Of a stretch of DNA of 64,000 bases, positions 28,246 through 38,400 are shown one piece after another. Each line of letters starts with the position of its first letter. Position 1 is the stretch's first letter. The DNA comes from a virus. The position numbers and the translations under genes are program-made. A model generated the notes under the pieces. It did not search any database and was not told where the DNA came from. It saw nothing but the letters and a program-made list of their open reading frames with translations. The stretch lies in IMG/VR virus record IMGVR_UViG_3300021425_000006; one strand, written 5' to 3'.

Positions 28246-29841
28246 ATGGCTTTAAATTTTCCAATCAGTCCTAACATAGACGATACATATACAGATGGTA
28301 CAACCACATGGAAGTGGGATGGGTCTGTATGGAACATTGTTGACGGTGCAGACGGAGTTGCATTATTTAAAACTGTTGCAGGCGATACTGGTAGTGCAAC
28401 AGCCACAACAGCCACAGACACAATTACTATTGCAGGCGGCACGGATATTAGTAGTAGTGTAGTAGGAAAAACTCTAACAATTAATTATACAGGTTCAGCA
28501 TCTAATCCAAATTTATTTTCAAGCATAGGTACAGATGACGGAACATTAAGTGCAACAACACCTACTAGTACTTTTGATATTATTGGCGGCACAAACATAA
28601 CTACACAAAATGCAACAGACACTAATGACATCGAAATTAATGTAAGTCCATTTAGCATAGACTTTTTGTCAGACGTTGACACAACAACATCACCTCCGAG
28701 TACAGGTAGTGTAATAAAATGGGATGGCACAAAATGGGCACCAGGAACTGATGCTACTACTGGCGGTGGTGGCACTGATGCGGATACACTTGATGGTCAA
28801 GATGGATCATACTATTTAAACTATAATAATCTTTCTAATACACCGAGTGTATTAACATTAACTGATTTAAGTATTGGTAATGAATTAACAGCCTCGGGAG
28901 ATGGAGCAATTAGTTATGATAATACTACAGGTGTGTTTAGATTTACACCTCCAGATCTTAGCAGTTACTTAACTAGTGTACCGGCACAGTCATTTAGTAG
29001 TTTAACAGGTAAGCCGACAACACTTGCAGGCTATGGCATTACAGATGCATTTGACGGTGTGTTTAGTTCACTTACTAGCAAACCAACAACACTTGCAGGA
29101 TACGGTATTACAGATGCAGCATTAGCATCAAGCATACCAACAGATTTAACAGACTTAAACATTGTAGATGGCACAGCAAATCAAGTACTAACAACTAACG
29201 GTGCAGGCGGATTTAGTTTCCAAGACGTAGCTGCTAGTTCAGGCGAACCGAACCAAAATGCATTTAGTAATGTTGCTGTAGCAGGACAAACAACAGTAGC
29301 TGCAGAATCAAAAACTGATACACTTACACTTGTAGGCGGCACCAGTATTAATGTAACTACTGATGCTAATACTGACTCAGTAACTATTGCATATAATGGT
29401 GCATCGGGTGTTACTGAATTTTCAGACTTAACTGATGTAAATGACGCAAACTTTTTAACGGTTGATAGAATTTTTGAACACGCTGCAACTACGTTCACTG
29501 TAGACAACATCGGTGCTACAGCTTATACATTTAACCCACATTATTCAGGAAATAATCCATCAATCTATTTAATATCTGGACATACATATGCATTTAATTT
29601 ATTAGGCATAGGCGGCCATCCATTTGAAATACAAGATGGATCTTTAAATGCACTTACAACAAATTTATTACATATAGCCGAAGACGGTACAGTAAGTGCT
29701 GATAGTGATGCACAAGGTCAAGACGACGGAACATTGTATTGGAGAATTCCAGAAAATACTAGTGGTTCTTTTGCATATCAGTGTACACTACATTCTGCTA
29801 TGGTTGGAAGCATTACTGTTAAAAGATTAAGCAGTCTTTAA
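28246..29841 (+). CDS. Tail fibre-like protein with C-terminal cupredoxin-like domain
   Basis: KPTTLAGYGITDA x2, DADTLDGQDGSYYL, C-terminal GHPF...YQCTLHSAMVG. Confidence 0.75.
   Translation: MALNFPISPNIDDTYTDGTTTWKWDGSVWNIVDGADGVALFKTVAGDTGSATATTATDTITIAGGTDISSSVVGKTLTINYTGSASNPNLFSSIGTDDGTLSATTPTSTFDIIGGTNITTQNATDTNDIEINVSPFSIDFLSDVDTTTSPPSTGSVIKWDGTKWAPGTDATTGGGGTDADTLDGQDGSYYLNYNNLSNTPSVLTLTDLSIGNELTASGDGAISYDNTTGVFRFTPPDLSSYLTSVPAQSFSSLTGKPTTLAGYGITDAFDGVFSSLTSKPTTLAGYGITDAALASSIPTDLTDLNIVDGTANQVLTTNGAGGFSFQDVAASSGEPNQNAFSNVAVAGQTTVAAESKTDTLTLVGGTSINVTTDANTDSVTIAYNGASGVTEFSDLTDVNDANFLTVDRIFEHAATTFTVDNIGATAYTFNPHYSGNNPSIYLISGHTYAFNLLGIGGHPFEIQDGSLNALTTNLLHIAEDGTVSADSDAQGQDDGTLYWRIPENTSGSFAYQCTLHSAMVGSITVKRLSSL
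29011..29118 (+). repeat. Intragenic imperfect direct repeat (69-nt period) encoding KPTTLAGYGITDA
   Basis: aagccgacaacacttgcaggctatggcattacagatgca vs aaaccaacaacacttgcaggatacggtattacagatgca. Confidence 0.8.
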
Positions 29842-30099
29842 ATCATTAACAATATTAGTTAATCGCTTACGTATCTCAATTATTCGTATTCTATTTTCGT
29901 GTAATGAACGAGGGTCAATATATCCGTTATTTGCAGGATCGTGACCGGCGTCTATTTGTGCTGCTTCGGATGCTAATTCTTTTAATAACTTATTACATTC
30001 TTCTTTAAGTGCAGGATTAGATACCAAAGAAAGTTCTTGAGTAAAATATTTTAAGTCTTTTTGAAATTTTGGAAGTTCACTAAACTTTAGATTGTTCAT
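29827..30099 (-). CDS. Hypothetical protein
   Basis: ATG at 30099 after GAGG; last gene of the minus-strand block. Confidence 0.6.
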   Translation of the reverse strand: MNNLKFSELPKFQKDLKYFTQELSLVSNPALKEECNKLLKELASEAAQIDAGHDPANNGYIDPRSLHENRIRIIEIRKRLTNIVNDLKTA

Positions 30100-30463
30100 T
30101 GTCTGCCTCAATATTACTTGCAGGTATTATGTGATAAACATCTTTAGGATCGTATTTGGTTGCTGTTTCTGCTATAGCACTTCCTGCATATAAACATTCT
30201 AAACTAACAGGCATCAATGGAGGAACATGAAACACTGAACCTTCATTTAAATCGTTTTCATATAGTTTACCTGTTTCAGTGTCAATCCATCTAATTCTAA
30301 GTTGACCGCTATTAACAAACCACGACTTAGTAGTATTCTTAGTAAAGCTCATGTTAGTTTTTGATCCTATGTGTTCAAATACTAATATTTTACTAGAATA
30401 GTGTTCGGTATTAGCCCATAATACTTCATATCCATATTCAGTTTTAGTCACATTGTCATTCAT
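30080..30463 (-). CDS. Cupin-fold protein
   Basis: GYEVLW...KSWFVNSG...LNEGSVFHVPP. Confidence 0.6.
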   Translation of the reverse strand: MNDNVTKTEYGYEVLWANTEHYSSKILVFEHIGSKTNMSFTKNTTKSWFVNSGQLRIRWIDTETGKLYENDLNEGSVFHVPPLMPVSLECLYAGSAIAETATKYDPKDVYHIIPASNIEADNEQSKV

Positions 30464-30471
30464 TTTAATAC

Positions 30472-30909
30472 CTAATTAATTAAATTGATTACTTCAAAAA
30501 GTGTTTCAAGTTTACGTATATTAACTTTACTTTCAAGTGTATTTTTTAATCCAAAATGTAAAGGTTTTGGCCACTTATTAAAACTGACCCACGCATAACC
30601 GTCGTGTTCTTTATTAAGTTGTGGAATAAATTCTTTGTCAATAACACACAAGTATGTATGAAACAAGAATTGTGTATCATTGCTTACAAACGTTTCAAGC
30701 GGAATAGTTTTTTTAATGTTAGGAACATTACCTATTTCTTCTTTAATTTCTCGTTGTAAACCTTCCCACGGAGTTTCTTTATCTTCAGTTGTGCCGCCAA
30801 CTAATCCCCAAACATTATCTCGCTTGGTGTTAGCCCTGCGAACAAACAGGAATCGTTTAGTTTCTAGTGTATAAAAGATTGCACCACTACAGATAATTTT
30901 TTTGCTCAT
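30472..30909 (-). CDS. NUDIX hydrolase
   Basis: Nudix box GGTTEDKETPWEGLQREIKEEIG; start MSKKII at 30909. Confidence 0.88.
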   Translation of the reverse strand: MSKKIICSGAIFYTLETKRFLFVRRANTKRDNVWGLVGGTTEDKETPWEGLQREIKEEIGNVPNIKKTIPLETFVSNDTQFLFHTYLCVIDKEFIPQLNKEHDGYAWVSFNKWPKPLHFGLKNTLESKVNIRKLETLFEVINLIN

Positions 30910-30923
30910 ACAAATAATTATCT

Positions 30924-32366
30924 TTAAAGTGCTAGTCTCCAGGTGCCTCTTGGATACTCGCCGTCTACTGAAAGTAGCCATTCTGAGTTATTCCAACGGT
31001 ATTGTTTTGAAGTTGTAAGATTAGTAATGTATACTACGTCAGTTGCACTATCATTTGCAGAAGCATCAAATACTACATGCCATCTAGTACCATCCCATTC
31101 AATAATGTCATTTGCTTGTGCTACAAAGTCTGACCCGTCTTGATTTTTCCATGCGTCTGGACCATCAGTATTAATTGCATTGCCAATTGGATTAAGTATT
31201 AAAACTCTAGGTGTAGTAGAGCCTAAGTTTAATGCTGATGTTCCTGTTGTTGCAGGATCAATAATATAATCTACATTACTTCTGTCGCCCATTGGGCCTG
31301 TTAATACTGTATTGTCTGGTAACGAATCTGCGTCCCAGTTAACACTAATTTGTGTTTCGTCTAACGGGTTTAGACTAAATGTGCCAACTATTGCATACTC
31401 AGTGTCTTGATAATCTAAGCGTCTTAAATGTATTTGGGAAATACCTGCTTCGTATGAGCCCGGCATTGCTTCAAATAGTGTTCGCCAATCAACAGTGCCA
31501 ACTTTACCTTTGTATATTAATTTAACACTATTACCTTCAACGTATATCCCTTGATTTTCATATGTAACTGTTGTAACATTAGTATTATTACTAGTCTCAT
31601 ATATTTCATTTCCGTTTCGATCAACACGCCCTACTACTATTGAGTCGTCCCATGCATCAAGTTGCGGGGTTGATAAATCAACTTCTATAGTGCCTTTAGA
31701 TTCGTCATGTATACTAGCAATAATATTTGTTATTACACCTAACTTTTTCACCTTAACGGGCGGACTAATGTATATTGGTACAGCAAAGCTCATTGACGAT
31801 ACATCAATTTCACTTTCAGTTCCTACAGGAATAGTTCTATTACTAAAATTAATACTAGTAATGCTTACTGTTGTTAAACTAGTCCAGTCAATATAATTGT
31901 CTGTAGTCTGTATTTCTAATGTAGGATTAAATAGAACTAGTATTTGTTCCATTAACTGCAATTTTTGATCTGTGTTCGAAGTCCATAAGTCAACATTTAA
32001 GTTTAAAATATAAGGAGTAGGATGTAGACGTTCTACAGTATAATTTTTACCTTGAATACCTTCATATGTTTGTGTATCGTCATTGTACTTTTGTTCTCTA
32101 ATATGTTGCTTACTAACATAACTTGAATCAGATATTCTTGATGAATCTGTTTCTAATCCTTGGATATACACACCCATTCTAGGCACACTTGGTATTTTGT
32201 TTTCACTATTATCACGCAAAATACTACCAACTTGTCTAGTAATGTCGCCATACATAACTGGTACTGTCACGAGTTTATTTTCGTTATCTTTGTAACTAAA
32301 GTTACTCATTAACCTAACCATTTGGGTTACGTATCTTCTAATTTGTCCGTCGTAAAAATGTTGCAT
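30924..32366 (-). CDS. Tail terminator / sheath stabiliser (T4 gp15-like) with C-terminal extension
   Basis: HFYDGQIRRY, PTPY.LN..VD.W...QLMEQILVLFNP. Confidence 0.75.
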   Translation of the reverse strand: MQHFYDGQIRRYVTQMVRLMSNFSYKDNENKLVTVPVMYGDITRQVGSILRDNSENKIPSVPRMGVYIQGLETDSSRISDSSYVSKQHIREQKYNDDTQTYEGIQGKNYTVERLHPTPYILNLNVDLWTSNTDQKLQLMEQILVLFNPTLEIQTTDNYIDWTSLTTVSITSINFSNRTIPVGTESEIDVSSMSFAVPIYISPPVKVKKLGVITNIIASIHDESKGTIEVDLSTPQLDAWDDSIVVGRVDRNGNEIYETSNNTNVTTVTYENQGIYVEGNSVKLIYKGKVGTVDWRTLFEAMPGSYEAGISQIHLRRLDYQDTEYAIVGTFSLNPLDETQISVNWDADSLPDNTVLTGPMGDRSNVDYIIDPATTGTSALNLGSTTPRVLILNPIGNAINTDGPDAWKNQDGSDFVAQANDIIEWDGTRWHVVFDASANDSATDVVYITNLTTSKQYRWNNSEWLLSVDGEYPRGTWRLAL

Positions 32367-33505
32367 TAGATATCAGCCTCTGGTTTTTTAGGTCTTAGAG
32401 CTTTACTTAAACTACTGCGTTCTTGTACAGTTTCTCCAGCAATTTCGTTTGTATTTGTATTGTTAATAAATGTACCCTTTTGTGTAGTCTCTGTATTTGT
32501 GTTTGACAATGTCATTCTTACATCACCTTCAACTTTAATCCATCTTGTACCATCATATTGGAAAAGACGTTTTGGTAAAAAATCGGTTCTAAGGAAATAA
32601 TCCCCGTCAACAGCATCAGTTGGAAATGATATGCCATGTCCAAATGTTGCTCCGTTTGGTGCATTCTCTTGACCTATTAGATAACCTTGATAACCGGATC
32701 TAGACGGTTTTGCTTGTATCTCGCCGTCAGCATTGGTATTCTTAAGGTCAACACTACCGTCTGCATTAGAATCTAAACTATAATAATGTGCAACGTCATA
32801 GCCCGACTTAGGAGCATCTGCTTCTGCTTGTGCTACTACAGCATCATTAATTTGCATTTCTTTTTCATATGTTGACAATACATCTCGTAGTGTATCGCCA
32901 CCAGGTGCATGTTCGTCTGCTGGTAGATCTAATATATCTTTGTATTCTTGTGAATCGTATATTTGCTTTAACTTTAATCTATAAAGATGTGGATACCAAG
33001 TAGGTGAAAATCCTTCAGCGGCTCTGTTAATATCTTCAATAACATAAAACCGTTTAAGTGCTACAGTATAATCGTTAAGAGCATATTCATCTTTAAGATG
33101 TGGTAATTCTATTACATCACCTGGCATTAACTTTCTGCCAATTGTTTCTACACTACTATTAATGTGTACTGTCATAAACAATGTATCATTACTTAAGAAT
33201 AGCCCAAATTGGCTTAAATCAAAGTCAATGTCTTGTACATTGTAAATACCTCTAATAGTATAGATATCGTCGTCATACTTGCGATCCCTATTTTCCATAA
33301 ACAACATATCTTGTATGTTGGTTTCTTTAACAACATCGTAATGAGGTTGATCTGCTGTTGCATCCTCTTCTGATGTATTTTTAGGGCCGATATACTTATG
33401 AACAAATAAGTCAGTTCCTCCAACTGTAAACATTTCGAGGATCTGTTTATCTAAAAACTTGTAGTCTGCACCTTTTTCGGGTTTGTATAAACTTAATCTT
33501 GGCAT
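32366..33505 (-). CDS. Neck/head-closure protein (T4 gp14-like)
   Basis: LSQFGLFL...MPGDVIELPHL; position between gp13-like and gp15-like genes. Confidence 0.65.
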   Translation of the reverse strand: MPRLSLYKPEKGADYKFLDKQILEMFTVGGTDLFVHKYIGPKNTSEEDATADQPHYDVVKETNIQDMLFMENRDRKYDDDIYTIRGIYNVQDIDFDLSQFGLFLSNDTLFMTVHINSSVETIGRKLMPGDVIELPHLKDEYALNDYTVALKRFYVIEDINRAAEGFSPTWYPHLYRLKLKQIYDSQEYKDILDLPADEHAPGGDTLRDVLSTYEKEMQINDAVVAQAEADAPKSGYDVAHYYSLDSNADGSVDLKNTNADGEIQAKPSRSGYQGYLIGQENAPNGATFGHGISFPTDAVDGDYFLRTDFLPKRLFQYDGTRWIKVEGDVRMTLSNTNTETTQKGTFINNTNTNEIAGETVQERSSLSKALRPKKPEADI

Positions 33506-33510
33506 AAACA

Positions 33511-33543
33511 TATTTATCGTTATGTGTCGCCATACGATAAATA
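33511..33543. promoter_or_regulatory. Divergent pair of late promoters
   Basis: TATTTATCGT (33511-20) and ACGATAAATA (33534-43) form a perfect 10-bp inverted repeat. Confidence 0.7.
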
Positions 33544-33562
33544 CTATTGGAGAAACAATTAT

Positions 33563-34321
33563 ATGACAGACTTAGCAACACAAAAACAAGAAATTTTCGA
33601 CTATGTTCACAGTATGTTAGGTGGTGGTATGGTCGATGTTGAACTTGACCCTGTTCATTATGAAACAGCGTTAACCAAAGCATTAACAACATATCGTCAA
33701 AGATCAGATAATGCTGTAGAAGAATCTTATATCTTCTTAGAATTAATACCTGATCAAAATGAATATACGTTAGCCAATGAGATTATGGAAGTAAGAAGAC
33801 TATTCCGTAGAAGCATAGGTTCTCGTTCAGGTGGCGGTGACGGCGGAACATTGTTTGAACCGTTTAACATGGCATATACTAACACATACTTACTATCTAG
33901 TTCTAACATGGGCGGATTAGCAACTTATGATTTGTTTAGTCAATACCAAGAGTTAGTTGGTCGTATGTTTGGTTCTTTTATTGAATTTAAATGGAACAGT
34001 ACTACAAAGAAACTAACTATTCTCCAAAGACCAAGAGCAGACGAAGAAGTAATGATGTATTGTTACAACTATCGTCCAGATTCAGAACTACTTAAAGACT
34101 ATCTAGCAATTCAATGGATTAAAGATTATACACTTGCAAGTTGTAAATACATGCTCGGCGAAGCACGTAGTAAGTTTGCTACTATAGCAGGTCCACAAGG
34201 CGGTTCAGCACTTAATGGCGAAACACTAAAAGCAGAAGCACAAGCCGAATTAGAAAAACTACAGAACGACGTATCATTACAAGTTGGTGGTGGTGTCGGC
34301 TATGGTTTCACTATTGGCTAA
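33563..34321 (+). CDS. Neck protein / head-tail adaptor (T4 gp13-like)
   Basis: LGGGMVDVEL...WIKDY.LA..K..LGEARSKF...GPQGG..LNG; GGAG SD. Confidence 0.75.
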   Translation: MTDLATQKQEIFDYVHSMLGGGMVDVELDPVHYETALTKALTTYRQRSDNAVEESYIFLELIPDQNEYTLANEIMEVRRLFRRSIGSRSGGGDGGTLFEPFNMAYTNTYLLSSSNMGGLATYDLFSQYQELVGRMFGSFIEFKWNSTTKKLTILQRPRADEEVMMYCYNYRPDSELLKDYLAIQWIKDYTLASCKYMLGEARSKFATIAGPQGGSALNGETLKAEAQAELEKLQNDVSLQVGGGVGYGFTIG

Positions 34322-34511
34322 GCCATCCCAAAAAGAAGCCTGCAGGCTTTTTTATATGGTTAAAGGCCATCTTCCAAATGACATGAAAACAATTTATGCC
34401 TGCTATGAAGGATACTTCAAACGGTTATGGAATAATAACGAAGGTTACACACACGAAACAGGTTTTGAAGAGGCCTATAATCAATTTCTAAATAAAACTA
34501 TTGACAAGTAG
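34314..34511 (+). CDS. Small hypothetical protein (start uncertain)
   Basis: Fills the gap between gp13-like gene and promoter, but overlaps a terminator-like hairpin at 34336-34353. Confidence 0.35.
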   Translation: MAKPSQKEACRLFYMVKGHLPNDMKTIYACYEGYFKRLWNNNEGYTHETGFEEAYNQFLNKTIDK

Positions 34512-34529
34512 TATAAAATACAGTATAAT
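34501..34529 (+). promoter_or_regulatory. Consensus sigma70 promoter
   Basis: TTGACA(34501-06)-17 nt-TATAAT(34524-29). Confidence 0.85.
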
Positions 34530-34556
34530 TAATTTAATTAAAAAGGATTATACTTT

Positions 34557-35084
34557 ATGTTACCAAAACTCCTCGTAGTAGGGCACGGCCGACACGGCAA
34601 AGATACAGTTTGCGAAATGTTAGAAAAGTACAACTATTCATTTCAATCATCATCAAAATTTTGTTCAGAACTTTTCATATTCAATGATCTAAAAGACAAG
34701 TACGGTTATGCCAATGAGGAAGAATGTTATGTGGATAGACATAACCATAGAGCAGAATGGTACGACATGATTCACGAGTATTGTAGTAAAGATCTAGCAC
34801 GATTAGGGCGTAATTTATTTGCTGAAAATAGTATATACTGTGGACTAAGAAATAAACGTGAATTCTTTGCAATGCAAAATGAAGAAATATTTGACTATGC
34901 TATTTGGGTAGACAGAGCAGATCATTTGCCTTTAGAAAGTTACAAGTCTATGAGTATTGAACAATGGATGTGTGATTATACTATTGACAATAACGGTGAC
35001 CTTGAGCGTTTAGAAAAGAATGTAGATGTACTAATTAAAACTATATTTAAAAATCGGGGATTAGATCTCCCTGCTTCCACCTAA
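34557..35084 (+). CDS. Deoxynucleoside monophosphate kinase-like P-loop protein
   Basis: GHGRHGKDT P-loop; GLRNKREF; DYTIDNNGDL. Confidence 0.7.
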   Translation: MLPKLLVVGHGRHGKDTVCEMLEKYNYSFQSSSKFCSELFIFNDLKDKYGYANEEECYVDRHNHRAEWYDMIHEYCSKDLARLGRNLFAENSIYCGLRNKREFFAMQNEEIFDYAIWVDRADHLPLESYKSMSIEQWMCDYTIDNNGDLERLEKNVDVLIKTIFKNRGLDLPAST

Positions 35085-35385
35085 CTCCTTCTTTTTGTAA
35101 AGTTCGTTGACAATTAGCACAGATAGTTTTTAAGTTAGTAGGACGACAATTATTTAAGTCGCCGTCTACATGAAACACATTAAACTGTTCGTGATGTTTA
35201 CTTTGAAAACCACATTTTTCGCATTTATCTTTTTTAACATAACCTGACTGTTTCCATTTAGGAATACCAATACTCTTTCCGCCTGTTCTTAAACATCGCT
35301 CACAGCGTTTTCGATAATATGTTTTATTACCTTTTTTGTAGTTAATAGCGGCTGGTCTTTGTCCGCAAACGCATAATGGTCTCAT
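35047..35385 (-). CDS. HNH endonuclease-like zinc-binding protein
   Basis: CEKCG...HVDGDLNN...NLKTICANC; N-terminal Cys pairs; start MRPLC. Confidence 0.75.
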   Translation of the reverse strand: MRPLCVCGQRPAAINYKKGNKTYYRKRCERCLRTGGKSIGIPKWKQSGYVKKDKCEKCGFQSKHHEQFNVFHVDGDLNNCRPTNLKTICANCQRTLQKEGVRWKQGDLIPDF

Positions 35386-35494
35386 ACTTGTATTTACCTC
35401 ACCTTTTTGGTCCCTTTTTTGTGGTGTTTTCGCCATTGTTTTTTTACTAAGATGCTAAATACTAGTAACAACTTATACCTAATAGGAGAACAAA

Positions 35495-38400
35495 ATGGCA
35501 TTAACATCACCAGGAGTACAGGTCAGCGTAATTGACGAGAGCTTTTACACACCAGCTGAACCAGGTACCGTACCAATGATATTCGTTGCTTCCGCCCAGG
35601 ATAAACTGAATGGCGCAGGCACAGGGACAGCAGCAGGAACAACTAAGGCAAACGCAGGTAAGCCATACTTACTTACTTCGCAACGCGACCTTACTGAAAC
35701 CTTTGGCGACCCAACTTTTATAACAGATTCTAATAACAATCCAGTACACGCAGGAGAACTTAACGAGTACGGATTACAAGCAGCTTATTCAATGCTTGGT
35801 GTTAGCAACAGAGCATATGTTGTTCGTGCAGACATCGACCTTAATGAATTAAAAGCATCAGCAACAGCACCAGCGGCTGCACCAGCAGACGGAACAAGTT
35901 GGTTTGATACACAAACTTCAACTTTTGGTATATTTGAATGGAATTCAAATTCAGCTACTACAACAGGCGGACAAACTTTTAGTAATAAAGTTCCAACTGT
36001 TATCACTGATGTAACTAAACTAGTTGGCAACAGTGCAACTGGAAATCCAAAAACATCAGTTGGCCAAATTGGTGATTATGTAGTTGTTGCAACTACAACA
36101 GTAAATAAGTTGTTTTACAAAAATTCAAGCGGTGCATGGGTACAAGTTGGAAGTGCAGCTTGGAAAGGCAGTCACGCTACAGTAAAAAGTTCTTCAGCTG
36201 TTGCTAGTGTTGCTTCAGGCGTAACAATGACAATTAACAGTGTTACTGTTACATCAAGCGGAACAGCATTAACAGATGTAGTAAGCGATATTAACGCTTT
36301 ATCAATTGCAGGCGTTACAGCGGCAGTAGTAGATAGCCAATTAGAGCTTTATAATACAGGTGCTTCAACAGCAAATATTATTATTGCAGAAGGAACAGGA
36401 CTTGCAGACGATGTTAAGATTCCAGCAGGAACTTATGCAATTCCAGCATTAACAACTGCTCCACATACAAGCGTACCAGAGTATAAGTCAACTGATACAA
36501 CTCCAAGACCATCAGGAAGTGTTTGGTTTAAAACTACTGAACCTAATTTAGGTGCTCGTATTAGAGTTAAGCAGTATGCTGTTGGAACTGGCACATGGAC
36601 ACAAGTTGCTGCTCCAATTTATGCTAATAACCAATCAGCATTATACGCACTAGATAAAAGCGGTGGCGGTGCTAATTTAGCAGCAGGTTCATTGTATGTA
36701 CAATCTAACGTAGCCGAAGAAGCAGTTAACTTAGCAACTTTTAAAATATTTGAAAGAGCAGCATCAGGTGCAACTGTTATAACAAGTTCAGCTGTAGCAG
36801 CTCAACTTTCAGCACAGAGCTATGCTTTTGATATTCAAGAAACTTTAGCAAACAATGGTGCATTACAGACAGCAAAAACTGTATCATTTACAGCAGTAGG
36901 CGCTTCAGGTGATGCAGATACACTAGCAGGTGCTATTAACAGTGCAGGATTTACTAACATTGTTGCAACTGTTGACACTGCTAACAAAGTTTCAATTAAA
37001 CACACATTAGGTGGAGACTTCCGTATTACTGATACAGGAGGTGCATTAGCACTTATTGGTTATGCAGCTTATGTAGATGCAAATTCAGGAACACCTAATT
37101 TATATGCTGCTCCAGCAGGCGACACAGTAAATGATTTTGTTGCTTCAAACTGGAAAGTATTAGCATATACAGCAGGCGAAGATGCTCCAACAGCATTAAC
37201 AGCAGATGGCACACTTTGGTACAATTCAATTGTAGACGAAGTTGACCTTATGATTCACAATGGTACTACTTGGGTAGGTTACTTAGATTCAACAAGTCCG
37301 TTTTATGCGGCTACTGATGGTGATAAGACTGATCCAAATGGACCGCAAGTTTCAGCTTCTGAGCCAACATTACAGTCAGACGGTACAGCACTTAAAAATG
37401 GAGACATTTGGGTCAGCACAGCAGACTTAGAAAACTATCCGTTAATTTACAAATATAACGGTTCTACATTAAAGTGGGTATTACTAGATAAAGGTGATCA
37501 AACTACTGAAGACGGTGTACTATTTGGTGACGCTCGTTATAACACAGCAGGATCAAACAGTGCAACAGCAGGTGAGATTAAAGACCTATTATCAAGCAAC
37601 TTCTTAGACGCAGATGCTCCAGATCCAGCACTTTATCCAAAAGGAATGCTATTATGGAACACAAGACGTTCAGGATTTAATGTTAAGAAATTTGTTAGAA
37701 ACTATGTTGATACATCATTAGACAATGGACGTTTTGGTGATGAGTCAATGAGTTCTTACTACACACACCGTTGGGTAACTGAATCAGCTAACCAAGATGA
37801 CGGTTCAGGTAGCTTTGGTGCTAAGGCACAACGTAAAGTTGTTGTACAGGCAATGCAAGCAATGGTTAACAGTAATGACGAAATTAGAGATGATGAGTCA
37901 AGAGTGTTTAACTTAATGGCAACTCCAGGATATCCAGAACTAATTGGAGAAATGATTGCACTAAACAATGATAGAGGCTTAACAGCATTTATTGTTGGTG
38001 ATTCACCAGCTAAACTAAAATCCGATGCAACATCTTTAAACGAATGGGGTTCAAATGTTAACCTTGCAGTTGAAGATAATGATGCAGGACTAGTAAGCAG
38101 AGATGAATACTTAGGTGTGTTTTATCCATGGGGCTTCTCAAGCGATAACGCAGGTAACAACGTAGTTGTTCCACCAAGTCATATGATGCTAAGAACACTT
38201 GCATTAAGTGACCAAGTTAGTTATCCTTGGTTTGCACCAGCAGGTACAAGACGTGGTGGTATTACTAACGCTTCAGCAACAGGATATATTGATGCAGAAG
38301 GCGAATTTGTAAGTGTAGCGTTGAACGAAGGACAACGTGATACACTTTATAGTTTAAGTATTAACCCAATTACGTTTATTACAGGTGCAGGTCTTGTTAA

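Noticed and set aside
34336-34353. Terminator AAGCC-TGCA-GGCTT-TTTT after the gp13-like gene
   Set aside because: Plausible, but the stem is short and lies within a possible small CDS; cannot decide
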